Source: Alphaproteobacteria bacterium (GTDB lineage: Bacteria > Pseudomonadota > Alphaproteobacteria > GM7ARS4 > CBDIDI01). Taken from it: a DNA stretch of 64,000 nucleotides. Shown here one piece after another: positions 43,445 through 53,443 of the stretch; the stretch's first letter is position 1; each line of letters starts with the position of its first letter. The notes under the pieces are model-generated. The model searched no databases and was not told where the DNA came from. It saw only the letters and a list, made by a program, of their open reading frames with translations. The position numbers and the translations under genes are program-made. Where the stretch lies: positions 761,617 to 825,616 of the forward strand of contig OZ255830.1 of assembly GCA_965277685.1 (NCBI GenBank), written 5' to 3'.

Positions 43445-44482
43445 ATGAGTACCGTTTCGCCATCAACCGGATCCCTTCCTTCCCACCGAACCGGTATCGT
43501 TGCGACAAAACCGGGCGGGCCGGAGGTTCTTGCCCCCGTCAAGCGTGATATCGTCCCCCCGCAAGAAGACGAGGTCTTGATCAAAGTCCACGCCGCCGGG
43601 GTTAATCGGCCCGACCTTCTGCAACGCGCCGGTCTTTATCCCCCGCCAAAAGGGGCCGATGACGTCCTTGGTCTTGAAGTTGCCGGCACCGTTGTCGCCA
43701 CCGGGGCAGCCCATCGATGGCGGCCGGGCGATCGGGTTTGCGCCCTTGTCACCGGCGGTGGATACGCCGATTATTGTCTTGCCGATCACGGCCATTGTCT
43801 GCCGATTCCATCCAACCTTGATTTTATCGCCGCGGCTTGTTTGCCGGAAACCGTTTTCACGGTTTGGGCCAATCTGGTCGATCGGGCCGGTCTTTGCGCC
43901 GGTAAAAGCATTCTTGTCCATGGCGGTAGCGGCGGTATCGGCAGTACCGCGATTCAAATTGCGAAAATGATGGGCGCGACCGTTTTTACCACCGTCGGCA
44001 GTCCGGAAAAAATCGAATTCTGCCGCTCCCTTGGCATCGAGCATGCCATTGATTACAAAAACCGTGATTTTGTCGATGACATTCGCGCGGCAACACGCGG
44101 CAAAGGGGTCGATATTATTTTCGATATGGTCGGCGGCGATTACATCGAGCGCAATATTTCGCTTCTTGCCCGGGATGGATGGCTTGTCAATATCGCCTAT
44201 CAAAAGGGCGCCAAAGCGTTGATCAACTTTCTGCCCGTGATGTTAAAACGATTGACGATCACCGGATCGACTCTGCGCATCCGGGATGCCGCGTTCAAGA
44301 CCGATCTTGCTTCCCGCGTCTATCAAAATGTTTGGCCCTGGTTGGAAAATGGATCGATGGTGCCGAAAATCGACCGGGTCTTTCCCCTCGCACAAGCAGG
44401 CGATGCCCATCGATATATGGAAAGCGGACGGCATATGGGCAAAATTGCCCTGGACGTGACCGCGCCCTCGCAAGCCGATTAA
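43445..44482 (+). CDS. NAD(P)H:quinone oxidoreductase (PIG3/zeta-crystallin family)
   Basis: AAGVNRPDLLQRAGLYPPP, LGLEVAG, GGGYA, LVHGGSGGIG, KRLTITGSTLR, HMGKI. Confidence 0.93.
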   Translation: MSTVSPSTGSLPSHRTGIVATKPGGPEVLAPVKRDIVPPQEDEVLIKVHAAGVNRPDLLQRAGLYPPPKGADDVLGLEVAGTVVATGAAHRWRPGDRVCALVTGGGYADYCLADHGHCLPIPSNLDFIAAACLPETVFTVWANLVDRAGLCAGKSILVHGGSGGIGSTAIQIAKMMGATVFTTVGSPEKIEFCRSLGIEHAIDYKNRDFVDDIRAATRGKGVDIIFDMVGGDYIERNISLLARDGWLVNIAYQKGAKALINFLPVMLKRLTITGSTLRIRDAAFKTDLASRVYQNVWPWLENGSMVPKIDRVFPLAQAGDAHRYMESGRHMGKIALDVTAPSQAD

Positions 44483-44707
44483 AGGGGCCGATTAAAGGGG
44501 CCGATAAAAAATCCTACCATCGGGGCGGTGCGGCAAAAAAACATCCCTAAGAACAAAAAAACATCCCTAAAAAAAGGGTTTGGACAGCCAAGCGCACTCT
44601 GAAACGGCGATGATCGCTATCCGTATCGGATTTGCCCGACTAGGATTTTTTCTCAGACCCTGTTATGGATGAGGCCAACCCCCGGATTAGGGAACAAGGA
44701 GAACCCC

Positions 44708-45580
44708 ATGAATAAACCAATTATGCCGATGGGAACGGCTGTCTGGCTCGTTGACAATACATCCTTAACCTTCGAACAGATTGCCGATTTCGTCCAAATG
44801 CACGTCCTTGAAATCAAGGCCGTTGCCGACGGCGAGATCGGGGCATCGATCACCGGATGGGATCCGCTGGCGAATGGTCAATTGAAGGGCGATGAAATCC
44901 AACGCTGTGAATCGGACAAAGACGCGCGGCTGCAACTATCCGCAAAAATCGCCATGCCGAAAAGCATCAAGCGAAAAAAAGTCCGGACCTATACCCCCAT
45001 CGTCAAACGCAATAATCGCATCGGCGCGATCAATTGGTTGTTGCGCAACAAACAGGGACTTTCGGAGAAAAAAATTGCCGCCCTGCTTGGCGCCAGTATC
45101 GCAACCGTTCAATCCGTTGCCCGGGGAACCCATTGGAACAGCGCCCATGTCGAAGCCCGGCATCCGGTTGAAAGCGGTGTTTGCACCCGCGAAGATTACG
45201 ATGCCGTCATTCACGACTTTGAAAAGGATAACCCCCCACCACCGGTCATATCGTCGGGATCGCCAGACGAGGCCACCAACGAGGCCGCCCCGAAAAAAGA
45301 CCCGTTCCATGATGCCTTTGCCGCCGCTTCGCGCCGGTCTTCGCCACCCATACCCCCATCGGGATCATCGCCAAGATCCCCCGGATCATCATCAAGATCA
45401 TCCGCGGCCGAAATTGCCGCCGCTTTTTTCAATTCGCCAAAGCCGGTCGATCCGCCCCCCGTTGATCCCCCCCCGGTCGATCAACACCAAGTCGAGCAAC
45501 CCCCGGTCGACCCATCCCAAGTCGACCCGGCCCAAAAGGAACCCGCCGCCAAGGAAACCGACACGGCGGAGGAAAAATAA
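44708..45580 (+). CDS. DUF1013 family protein with a Pro/Ser-rich tail
   Basis: PIMPMGTAVWLVDNTSLTFEQIADF, YTPIVKR, THWN, PVESGVCT. Confidence 0.9.
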   Translation: MNKPIMPMGTAVWLVDNTSLTFEQIADFVQMHVLEIKAVADGEIGASITGWDPLANGQLKGDEIQRCESDKDARLQLSAKIAMPKSIKRKKVRTYTPIVKRNNRIGAINWLLRNKQGLSEKKIAALLGASIATVQSVARGTHWNSAHVEARHPVESGVCTREDYDAVIHDFEKDNPPPPVISSGSPDEATNEAAPKKDPFHDAFAAASRRSSPPIPPSGSSPRSPGSSSRSSAAEIAAAFFNSPKPVDPPPVDPPPVDQHQVEQPPVDPSQVDPAQKEPAAKETDTAEEK

Positions 45581-45631
45581 CGGGCCTATGATGCTTTTCC
45601 CGCTTCGCGATACGACACCGATCATCCTTTC

Positions 45632-45856
45632 ATGAATTGGTTTTCCGGCATTGTCATTGCCATCGTTATTTGGTGGATGGTTTTCTTCATTGTCCTGCCG
45701 TGGCATTCGGGGCCGATGAAGAATCCGCCGCAAGGCCATGATGAAAGCGCGCCGGAACACCCGCGCATCGGATTTAAATTTCTCCTGACAACCATTATCA
45801 CCGCCGTGATATGGATTCCGGTCGCGTATTTGATCTCCATCCTTATTTCTCGATAA
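45632..45856 (+). CDS. DUF1467 family small membrane protein
   Basis: IVIWWMVFFIVLPW, GHDESAPEHP, KFLLTT. Confidence 0.85.
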   Translation: MNWFSGIVIAIVIWWMVFFIVLPWHSGPMKNPPQGHDESAPEHPRIGFKFLLTTIITAVIWIPVAYLISILISR

Positions 45857-45966
45857 AGGCTCTTGATACAAAGGGGCGCCCCGATCGAACCGGCGGGTCG
45901 CAAAGCGGGCCGGTAAATATTCGAAGGAAATCGATCCGGTGAGCGCATCCGGCCGATACGGCCAAA

Positions 45967-46125
45967 CAAATCGGATGGGGCCAATCGGATGGGGCAAATC
46001 GGACTGGGAATATCGGATGGGGCAAATAGGATCCGATCGCTATGTTCGCCGGATACGGTCGAACAAATCGGATGGGGCAAATCGGATGGGGCAAATCGTG
46101 CCGAACAAATTGGATGGGGCGAATA
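45967..46125. repeat. 14-bp tandem array (AATCGGATGGGGCA), about 11 units
   Basis: The period is 14 bp, not a multiple of 3; lies just upstream of tag. Confidence 0.88.
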
Positions 46126-46166
46126 TGGACGAAGACCAAGCCGGCACAGAAAAAGGAAAGACCCCG

Positions 46167-46754
46167 ATGCCAAGCTATTGTCAGATTTCCCGCAATGATC
46201 CGGTGCACGGCCCCTATCACGACCACGAGCATGGATTTCCAACCGACGACAACCGGGTTTTGTTCGAGCGCCTGGCCATGGAAATTCATCAAGCCGGACT
46301 AAGTTGGCGTCTTATCCTTCAGCGTCGGCAAGGGCTTCGCCAATGCTGGGGGCATTTCGACCCGCATGTCGTGGCCGCCTTTACCGATAGCGACCGCAAT
46401 CGCCTGATCGCCGATCCAAGAGCCATCCGCAACCGCCTAAAAATTGACGCGATTATCCATAACGCCAAAGTTGTCCGGCGCTGGATCGATACCCATGGAT
46501 CGTTGCACGGCTGGATCCGGGCCCATCACCCCCGCGACCTTGATCAATGGACGATTTTATTCAAAAAACATCTTCGCTTTATCGGGCCGACCATCGTCCA
46601 TGAATTCCTGGTCGGCACCGCGGTTTTGCCCGGGGGTCACGACAAGGATTGTCCCCTTGCCCCGATCATCGCCAAATTGCAGCCCCTTTTCCTGGAAACC
46701 GGAACCGATGCGAAAAACCCCAAAGAAAAACCCCAAACCAAGAGCCTTAAGTAA
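46167..46754 (+). CDS. tag: DNA-3-methyladenine glycosylase I
   Basis: YHDHEHG, LFERLAMEIHQAGLSW..IL, IRNRLKIDAIIHNA, GHDKDC. The frame is open from 45939, so the start is uncertain. Confidence 0.92.
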   Translation: MPSYCQISRNDPVHGPYHDHEHGFPTDDNRVLFERLAMEIHQAGLSWRLILQRRQGLRQCWGHFDPHVVAAFTDSDRNRLIADPRAIRNRLKIDAIIHNAKVVRRWIDTHGSLHGWIRAHHPRDLDQWTILFKKHLRFIGPTIVHEFLVGTAVLPGGHDKDCPLAPIIAKLQPLFLETGTDAKNPKEKPQTKSLK

Positions 46755-46996
46755 AGAACCCGGCATGAAAATCCGGGCCGACCCCGCCCAAAAAAAGAAA
46801 CGACCGATACACCCCATATCCCCGTATTCGGGAGTACTGCGATGATCGACCCGGGCATTGATTTGGGCATCTTCATCCGGACATCGGCCCGGGCATCGAT
46901 TCGGCTATCGATTTGGGCAAGCGGTGGCAAAACCATTCTTTTGCTTGTGAAAAAAAGGTTTTCAATGCTAGATAGCCCGATAAGGATATCCGACCA

Positions 46997-48409
46997 ATGA
47001 CACATTCCTGGCACCCTTCCATCTGGCGCGACCATAAGGTTCTGCACCAACCACGTTACGATGACGAAAAGGACTTGGCGCGGGTTTGCGCCCGCATCCG
47101 CCGCTATCCACCGATTGTATCGGCCGGGGAAGTGCGCGATCTTTCCCGCAAACTTGCCGCCGTTGCCCACGGACAGGCCTTCATCCTGCAGGGTGGGGAC
47201 TGCGCCGAGAGTTTTGCCGAATTTCATCCCGACACCATCCGCGATACCTTTCGGGTGTTGTTGCAGATGGCCATTGTTTTAACCTTTGCCACCTCCTTGC
47301 CCGTTGTCAAAATCGGCCGAATGGCCGGACAATATGTCAAACCCCGATCCAGCCCCGAGGAAACCCGCGGCGATCAAACCCACCCCAGCTATCTTGGCGA
47401 TATGGTCAATGATATTGAATTTAACGCCGGGCCGCGCCGGGCCGATCCGGCCCGCATCGAGCGCGGATACTTCCATTCGACCGCAACCATGAATCTTGTC
47501 CGGGCGCTGGCCGCCGGTGGCTATGCCGATCTGCACAAGGTCCATCGCTGGATGCTTGGCTTTGTCGAGCAAAGCCCCCAAGCCGAAAAATATCGCTTGC
47601 TCGCCGATCAAATCAGCAGCTGTACCGGTTTTATCAATGCCTGTGGCATCACCGCCGCAACGTCGCGCCAAATTCGGGAAGTCGATTTTTACACGTCCCA
47701 CGAAGCGCTTTTGATGCCCTATGAAGAAGCCATGACACGCATCGATAGCACCAGTGGCGATTGGTACGACGTCAGTGCCCATATGCTATGGATCGGCAAC
47801 CGAACGGCCTTTGCCGGCAGTGCCCATGTCGCTTTTTTACGCGGTGTCGGCAATCCGATCGGCATTAAAGTCGGGGATCACGTCAAGCCCGATGATTTGC
47901 TCAAGCTGATCGATATTCTCGATCCGGATAATATCCCCGGTCGCTTGACCCTGATCGCCCGCATGGGCAGCGATAAGATCATGGATCGCCTTCCTCTTTT
48001 GCTGCGCCGGGTGTCGGATCACGGAAAAAAGGTGATATGGTCCTGCGATCCGATGCACGGCAATGTGGTGAAATCCTCGACCGGCTATAAAACCCGTCCC
48101 TTCCAACGCATTCTTTCCGAAGTCCGGGATTTTTGCGCCATTCACCGGGCCGAAGGCTGTCATATCGGCGGCATTCACCTTGAAATGACCGGACAAAACG
48201 TGACCGAGTGCACCGGCGGCTCTCGGGAAGTGACCGAAAGCGCCCTTAGCGATCGGTATCATACCCATTGCGATCCCCGATTAAACGCCGACCAATCCCT
48301 TGAGTTAGCGTTTTTGCTGGCCGAGGAATTGAAAAAAGTCAAACCGATGTCCCGCTTGGACGCACGTCAAAACAACAACGATGGGTCAAAAAGCCAAAGG
48401 CGGGCATAA
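46997..48409 (+). CDS. Class II DAHP synthase
   Basis: [70 protein letters not shown]. Confidence 0.96.
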   Translation: MTHSWHPSIWRDHKVLHQPRYDDEKDLARVCARIRRYPPIVSAGEVRDLSRKLAAVAHGQAFILQGGDCAESFAEFHPDTIRDTFRVLLQMAIVLTFATSLPVVKIGRMAGQYVKPRSSPEETRGDQTHPSYLGDMVNDIEFNAGPRRADPARIERGYFHSTATMNLVRALAAGGYADLHKVHRWMLGFVEQSPQAEKYRLLADQISSCTGFINACGITAATSRQIREVDFYTSHEALLMPYEEAMTRIDSTSGDWYDVSAHMLWIGNRTAFAGSAHVAFLRGVGNPIGIKVGDHVKPDDLLKLIDILDPDNIPGRLTLIARMGSDKIMDRLPLLLRRVSDHGKKVIWSCDPMHGNVVKSSTGYKTRPFQRILSEVRDFCAIHRAEGCHIGGIHLEMTGQNVTECTGGSREVTESALSDRYHTHCDPRLNADQSLELAFLLAEELKKVKPMSRLDARQNNNDGSKSQRRA

Positions 48410-48415
48410 ACGACC

Positions 48416-50359
48416 ATGAGTCGCAGTCTGAAGATTGCTTTGGCCCAAGAAAATTTCACCGTCGGTGATCTTGCCGGCAACAGCGCGGTGATCCTCTCTT
48501 CGCGAAAAAAAGCCTGCCGGAGTACCGATCCTTCCTTTTCCGGAAACATTGCCACGGCCAAGGATATGGGCGGAGATAGGGCCGGGGATAAGGCCGGGGA
48601 TAGGGCCGGGAATACATTCAGGGATACGGCCAAGGATATATCCGGGGATATTACCGGTGCCGACGTCATTGTCTTTAGCGAGCTTGCCATCACCGGCTAT
48701 CCTTGCGAGGACTTGCTTTATCGGCGCGCCTTTGTCGATGCGGCCGAGGCCGCCATTCGCGATTTAGCCGCGGTCACCGCCGATGGTGGACCCGCCCTTC
48801 TGGTCGGTGGACCCCGCTATCACCAAGAAAAATTATTCAACAGCGTTTTCTTTCTCGATAACGGCACCGTTCAAGCCGTATCCGATAAGCATAAATTGCC
48901 CAATTACGGCGTCTTTGACGAACAGCGATTATTCGATCCAGGACCCCTTCCCGGGCCGATTGCCATGCGTTCGATTCCGGTTGGCGTTATGATTTGCGAA
49001 GATATGTGGAGTCCTTCGGTCGCGCGCTGTTTGGCCGAAACCGGCGCCCGCGTTTTATGCACCGTCAACGCCTCTCCCTTTTCCAAAGGGCAAGACGATC
49101 TTCGCAAAACCCATGCCGGGGTTAATTGCCGCCACAGCGAACTTCCCATGATTTACGTCAATCAATGCGGTGGTCAAGACGAATTGGTCTTTGACGGATC
49201 GTCCTTTGTCCTTGATCGCGGCGCTAAATTGCACGGTCAAATGGATTCTTTTGTCCCGGCCCATAATATGGTGACGATCCGCGAGGATGGCGCGATCACT
49301 TCCGCGCCGTTTTATCCGCTGTCCGACAAGAATCGCCACCCCTCAACCGATCATCGCCCCAATCGCCCCAGTCGCCCCGATCAAAAGCATCCTCGGGTGG
49401 CTAGTAGGGCGGATCTTGGGGCGGATATTGGGGCATATTCGGCCGATGCCCCGAAAAAAAACCCCGCGCCATCGGCGATCGATCGCAAAGAACGGCAAGA
49501 CCTGGGGGATATGTATCAGGCACTCATGCTTGGTCTTGTCGATTACGCCCGCAAAAACACCTTCGAAAAAGTGGTGATCGGGCTTTCCGGCGGGATCGAT
49601 TCCGCCCTTAGCATGATGCTTGCCGTCGATGCCATCGGCCCGGAGAACGTCACCGGATTGATGATGCCGTCGCCCTATACATCGGCCCAATCGACCGACG
49701 ATGCCGATGCCTTGGTCAAAAGCCTCGGCACGACATTGCGCCGGATTCCGATCACCGATGCCATGCATCTTTTACGTGACACCATCCCATGGAAAGCCAA
49801 TGCGATTGCCGACCAGAATCTGCAAGCCCGCTTGCGCGGCTTGATTTTAATGGATTTTTCAAACAGTACCGGCGCGTTATTGGTATCGACCGGAAATAAA
49901 TCCGAAGCCGCCGTCGGCTATATGACCCTTTATGGCGATATGTGCGGCGGGTTGAATATCCTCAAGGATGTTTACAAAACCACGGTCTATGATCTTAGCC
50001 GATGGCGCCAACACCACCGACCGCGCGCAAGCTTGGCCCCAAAAGGCGCCATGATTGGCCAAAGCATCCTTGACCGCCCCCCATCGGCCGAGCTTTGCCC
50101 CGATCAAAAAGACACCGATAACTTACCCCCCTATGCGGTATTGGATCGGATTCTGTTCGCCATGCTCGACGAAAATCTTTCCCTCGACCAAATAACACGG
50201 AAAGGCTTTGATCAAAAACTGGTCAAAAAAATATGGCGCATGGTTGCCGGAGCCGAATATAAACGCCGTCAGGCACCCCCGGGTATTCGGGTTTCGCGCT
50301 GTCTTTTATCGCGGGAACGCCGCTATCCCATCGTTAACCGGGCAAAGGATCACTATTGA
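48416..50359 (+). CDS. nadE: Glutamine-dependent NAD+ synthetase with two insertions
   Basis: LAQENFTVGDLAGN, ELAITGYP, LPNYGVFDE, ICEDMW, GLSGGIDSA, NLQARLRG, STGNKSE, PPSAEL..DQKD. Confidence 0.97.
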   Translation: MSRSLKIALAQENFTVGDLAGNSAVILSSRKKACRSTDPSFSGNIATAKDMGGDRAGDKAGDRAGNTFRDTAKDISGDITGADVIVFSELAITGYPCEDLLYRRAFVDAAEAAIRDLAAVTADGGPALLVGGPRYHQEKLFNSVFFLDNGTVQAVSDKHKLPNYGVFDEQRLFDPGPLPGPIAMRSIPVGVMICEDMWSPSVARCLAETGARVLCTVNASPFSKGQDDLRKTHAGVNCRHSELPMIYVNQCGGQDELVFDGSSFVLDRGAKLHGQMDSFVPAHNMVTIREDGAITSAPFYPLSDKNRHPSTDHRPNRPSRPDQKHPRVASRADLGADIGAYSADAPKKNPAPSAIDRKERQDLGDMYQALMLGLVDYARKNTFEKVVIGLSGGIDSALSMMLAVDAIGPENVTGLMMPSPYTSAQSTDDADALVKSLGTTLRRIPITDAMHLLRDTIPWKANAIADQNLQARLRGLILMDFSNSTGALLVSTGNKSEAAVGYMTLYGDMCGGLNILKDVYKTTVYDLSRWRQHHRPRASLAPKGAMIGQSILDRPPSAELCPDQKDTDNLPPYAVLDRILFAMLDENLSLDQITRKGFDQKLVKKIWRMVAGAEYKRRQAPPGIRVSRCLLSRERRYPIVNRAKDHY

Positions 50360-51840
50360 TGACGATAAAAACCCGCTTTGCGCCCAGCCCAACCGGACAT
50401 CTTCATGTCGGCAATGCGCGCATCGCTCTTTTTAATTGGCTTCTCGCGCGGCGGTTTGACGGAGAGTGCCTGTTGCGGCTGGACGATACCGATGCGATTC
50501 GCAGCCGGGCCGAATTTGCCGACCAAATCAAAGCCGACCTTGCTTGGTTGGGTTTGGATTTTGACGAAACCATCCATCAATCGAATCGCACCGATCGCTA
50601 TATGGAGGTCTTTGAACGGCTGCGCCGCCAGGATGCCCTGTATCCTTGTTATGAAAGCCAAGAAGAACTGGATCGCTTGCGCACCCGCCTGCGCGCGCAA
50701 AAGAGAGCCCCCAGTTTTCGCCGCATTCACGCGCGCGATAAAAACGATGGCGATGGCGATCCTTATTGGCGCTTTTGCCTCAGCAACGGCGCGATGGAAT
50801 GGGAAGAGCCGATTTTCGGCAAACGCCGGGTGCATCTTTCCCATCTATCGGATCCGATTATCCGGCGTGGTGACGGCACGTTTTTATATCTATTGCCCAG
50901 TGTCATCGACGATATCGATTTTGCCGTCAATCGGGTTTTACGCGGCGAGGATCACATGACCAACACCGCCGTCCAGATCGATATGCTGGAGCGCATCGCC
51001 ACCACCACCCATACCACCACCCATACCACCGCCCAGGCCACCACCCGGGCCACCGCCCATACCGCCGCCCCCGCCGACCATGCCGCCGCAAATCCGCCAA
51101 AGCCCCATCATTCGGATATCCGTTTCATTCATCTGCCCCTGCTCTGTGACAGCGGCGGCAAAGGATTATCGAAACGCCATTCGCTTGCCCTTACCCTTGC
51201 CCGGTTGCGCCGTGAGGGAATCGAGCCGATCGGCATTCATCAAGTCCTTTTCCGGCTTGGCCAAAGCATGCCGACCGATGCCCGCGATCTTGCCGATATG
51301 ATCCGTATTTTTGACGTTACCACCTATTCGCGCGCACCGGCCCGTCTTGCCGATGACGCTTTTGTCAAAGCCAGTGGCCAGATTCTCCAATCCTTGCCCC
51401 TTGCCGCCATCCGCACACGGCTGGAGAAAAAAAATCCCGCCCTTGCCGGCGCCCTGACCAAGGCGATGTGGGCCATCATCGGGCCTAATATCACAACCGT
51501 GGACGAGGTCGCTTTTTGGATCGCGGTGTGCGTCGATACCCTCGCGCCGCCCGGTTCTATCGATGGCGGTCCTACCGATAGCGATATCCTAGACGCGGCC
51601 CTTGCTTGCCTGCCTCAAAACCCATGGCCGGACGATGTTTGGAATATCTGGATCAAAGCATTAAAGAAGAACGTCACCGCACGGGGCAAAGCGCTGTTCC
51701 AACCGATCCGAATCGCCTTGACCGGCCGCCCGAGTGGGCCGGAACTTGGCCGGCTTTTACCCCTGATCGGGTCGGAGCGCACCAAAAAGCGGTTGCAAAA
51801 CCATTTGGAAAAAACACGGATCGACCCATCAATCTTATGA
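50356..51840 (+). CDS. gltX: Glutamate--tRNA ligase (non-discriminating or second-copy type) with a Thr/Ala-rich insertion
   Basis: TRFAPSPTGHLHVGNAR, LRLDDTD, VLRGEDH, GLSKR, IRIALTGR..GPEL. Confidence 0.95.
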   Translation: MMTIKTRFAPSPTGHLHVGNARIALFNWLLARRFDGECLLRLDDTDAIRSRAEFADQIKADLAWLGLDFDETIHQSNRTDRYMEVFERLRRQDALYPCYESQEELDRLRTRLRAQKRAPSFRRIHARDKNDGDGDPYWRFCLSNGAMEWEEPIFGKRRVHLSHLSDPIIRRGDGTFLYLLPSVIDDIDFAVNRVLRGEDHMTNTAVQIDMLERIATTTHTTTHTTAQATTRATAHTAAPADHAAANPPKPHHSDIRFIHLPLLCDSGGKGLSKRHSLALTLARLRREGIEPIGIHQVLFRLGQSMPTDARDLADMIRIFDVTTYSRAPARLADDAFVKASGQILQSLPLAAIRTRLEKKNPALAGALTKAMWAIIGPNITTVDEVAFWIAVCVDTLAPPGSIDGGPTDSDILDAALACLPQNPWPDDVWNIWIKALKKNVTARGKALFQPIRIALTGRPSGPELGRLLPLIGSERTKKRLQNHLEKTRIDPSIL

Positions 51841-53372
51841 TTCTATCTTTGTTTGATACCTTGGCCGGAAAAAAACGCCCTTTTTCCCCTCTGGAAAAAA
51901 ATCATGTTCGCATCTATGTCTGCGGCCCGACGGTGTATGATTTTGCCCATGTCGGCAATGCCCGACCGATGGTCGTTTTTGACGTCCTGGTCCGTTTGTT
52001 GCGCCGTCTTTATAAAACCGTCACCTATGTCCGCAACATCACCGATATTGATGATAAAATCATCGCGGCGGCCGATCAAAACGGGCAAGATATCAAGACT
52101 TTTGCCGAACGTTTTCAAAACGCGTTTATCGCCGATATGGATCGGTTGGATGTCAAACCCCCCGATCACGCCCCATGCGCGACCGATCACATCGATGATA
52201 TGATCGCCATGATCACGACCCTTATCGACGACCGATATGCCTATTGCCGCGACGGTCATGTTCTTTTTTCCGTCGCCAAAGCCCCGGATTACGGCCTGTT
52301 ATCCAAGCGCAGCGCCGCCCGGCAGCGGGCCGGAGCCGGGGCGCGTCCTCAAATTCAGGCTCAAATCCACTCTCAAATCCACTCTCAAATTCAGGCCCAC
52401 ATTCAGACGGGGGGGCAAGCGGATGTTCACCCTCAAGCTCAGGCCCAAGGTCACCCTCAGATTCAGGCCCAAGGTCAGACCCATATTCAGACGGGGGTTA
52501 TCCGGGGCGATTATAAACGCGACAGTGGCGATTTCGTTCTGTGGAAACCATCCCCGCCGACCATGCCGGGGTGGGACAGTCCTTGGGGACGGGGTCGTCC
52601 GGGATGGCATATTGAATGCTCGGCGATGAGTCACCGCTATCTAAAAACGCCCTTTGACATCCATGGCGGCGGCGCCGATCTGATCTTTCCTCATCATGAA
52701 AATGAAATGGCGCAAAGTTGCTGTGCTTTGAACACAAAAACGATGGCCAATTTTTGGATCCATAACGGCTATCTGACGATGGAAGGGGAAAAAATGTCAA
52801 AATCCCTCGGCAATGTCGTCACCATCCGCGATGCTTGCCGGATATACCGCCCGGAAGTCGTGCGCGCTCTTTTGCTTTCCAGCCATTATCGCCACCCTTT
52901 GGATTGGAACCGGGCAACCCTGGAAGCGACCCGGGCCGGGTTAAATCGACTCTATCAAGCATTGGCCGATTCCAAACCGGCGGGGAAAATCACCGATACA
53001 AACGATGATCCGGTGGTATCGGCCCTGCTTGACGATCTGAACACACCGGCGGCTCTTGCCGCCCTTCATGCCTGTGCCCGGCGCGTCCATAAAGCCAACG
53101 GGGAAGAAAAAATCAAAGCGCAAGAACAACTGCGGCGCGGCGCGCGGCTTTTGGGACTGCTGCGGCAAGAAAGCCGGCAATGGTTTCAATCCGACACCCG
53201 CAAGGCATCCCCAAGCGAAGAATGGATCGATCAACGAATTGCCCTTCGCCAAAAAGCCCGGCGGGAAAAAAATTACGCATTGGCCGATACGCTGCGTGAA
53301 GAATTGGAAGGGGCGGGTATAATCCTTGAGGACAACGCCACCGAAACACGCTGGAAAAGAAATGACCGCTAA
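51837..53372 (+). CDS. cysS: Cysteine--tRNA ligase with a Gln/His-rich insertion
   Basis: YVCGPTVYDFAHVGNAR, VRNITDIDDKII, DFVLWKP, GRPGWHIECSAM, HGGGADLIFPHHENE, KMSKSLGN. Confidence 0.98.
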   Translation: MILSLFDTLAGKKRPFSPLEKNHVRIYVCGPTVYDFAHVGNARPMVVFDVLVRLLRRLYKTVTYVRNITDIDDKIIAAADQNGQDIKTFAERFQNAFIADMDRLDVKPPDHAPCATDHIDDMIAMITTLIDDRYAYCRDGHVLFSVAKAPDYGLLSKRSAARQRAGAGARPQIQAQIHSQIHSQIQAHIQTGGQADVHPQAQAQGHPQIQAQGQTHIQTGVIRGDYKRDSGDFVLWKPSPPTMPGWDSPWGRGRPGWHIECSAMSHRYLKTPFDIHGGGADLIFPHHENEMAQSCCALNTKTMANFWIHNGYLTMEGEKMSKSLGNVVTIRDACRIYRPEVVRALLLSSHYRHPLDWNRATLEATRAGLNRLYQALADSKPAGKITDTNDDPVVSALLDDLNTPAALAALHACARRVHKANGEEKIKAQEQLRRGARLLGLLRQESRQWFQSDTRKASPSEEWIDQRIALRQKARREKNYALADTLREELEGAGIILEDNATETRWKRNDR

Positions 53373-53443
53373 TCATCGCACCATGCACACAACCAAGCGC
53401 CATCATGTCCGGTCGAGCGTTGCAAAAGCGGATCGCGCATAAC

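Noticed and set aside
45939-46166. Repeat-derived N-terminal extension of Tag
   Set aside because: The array has a 14-bp period, and a better RBS (AAAGGAAAG) precedes the ATG at 46167; it is more likely non-coding.
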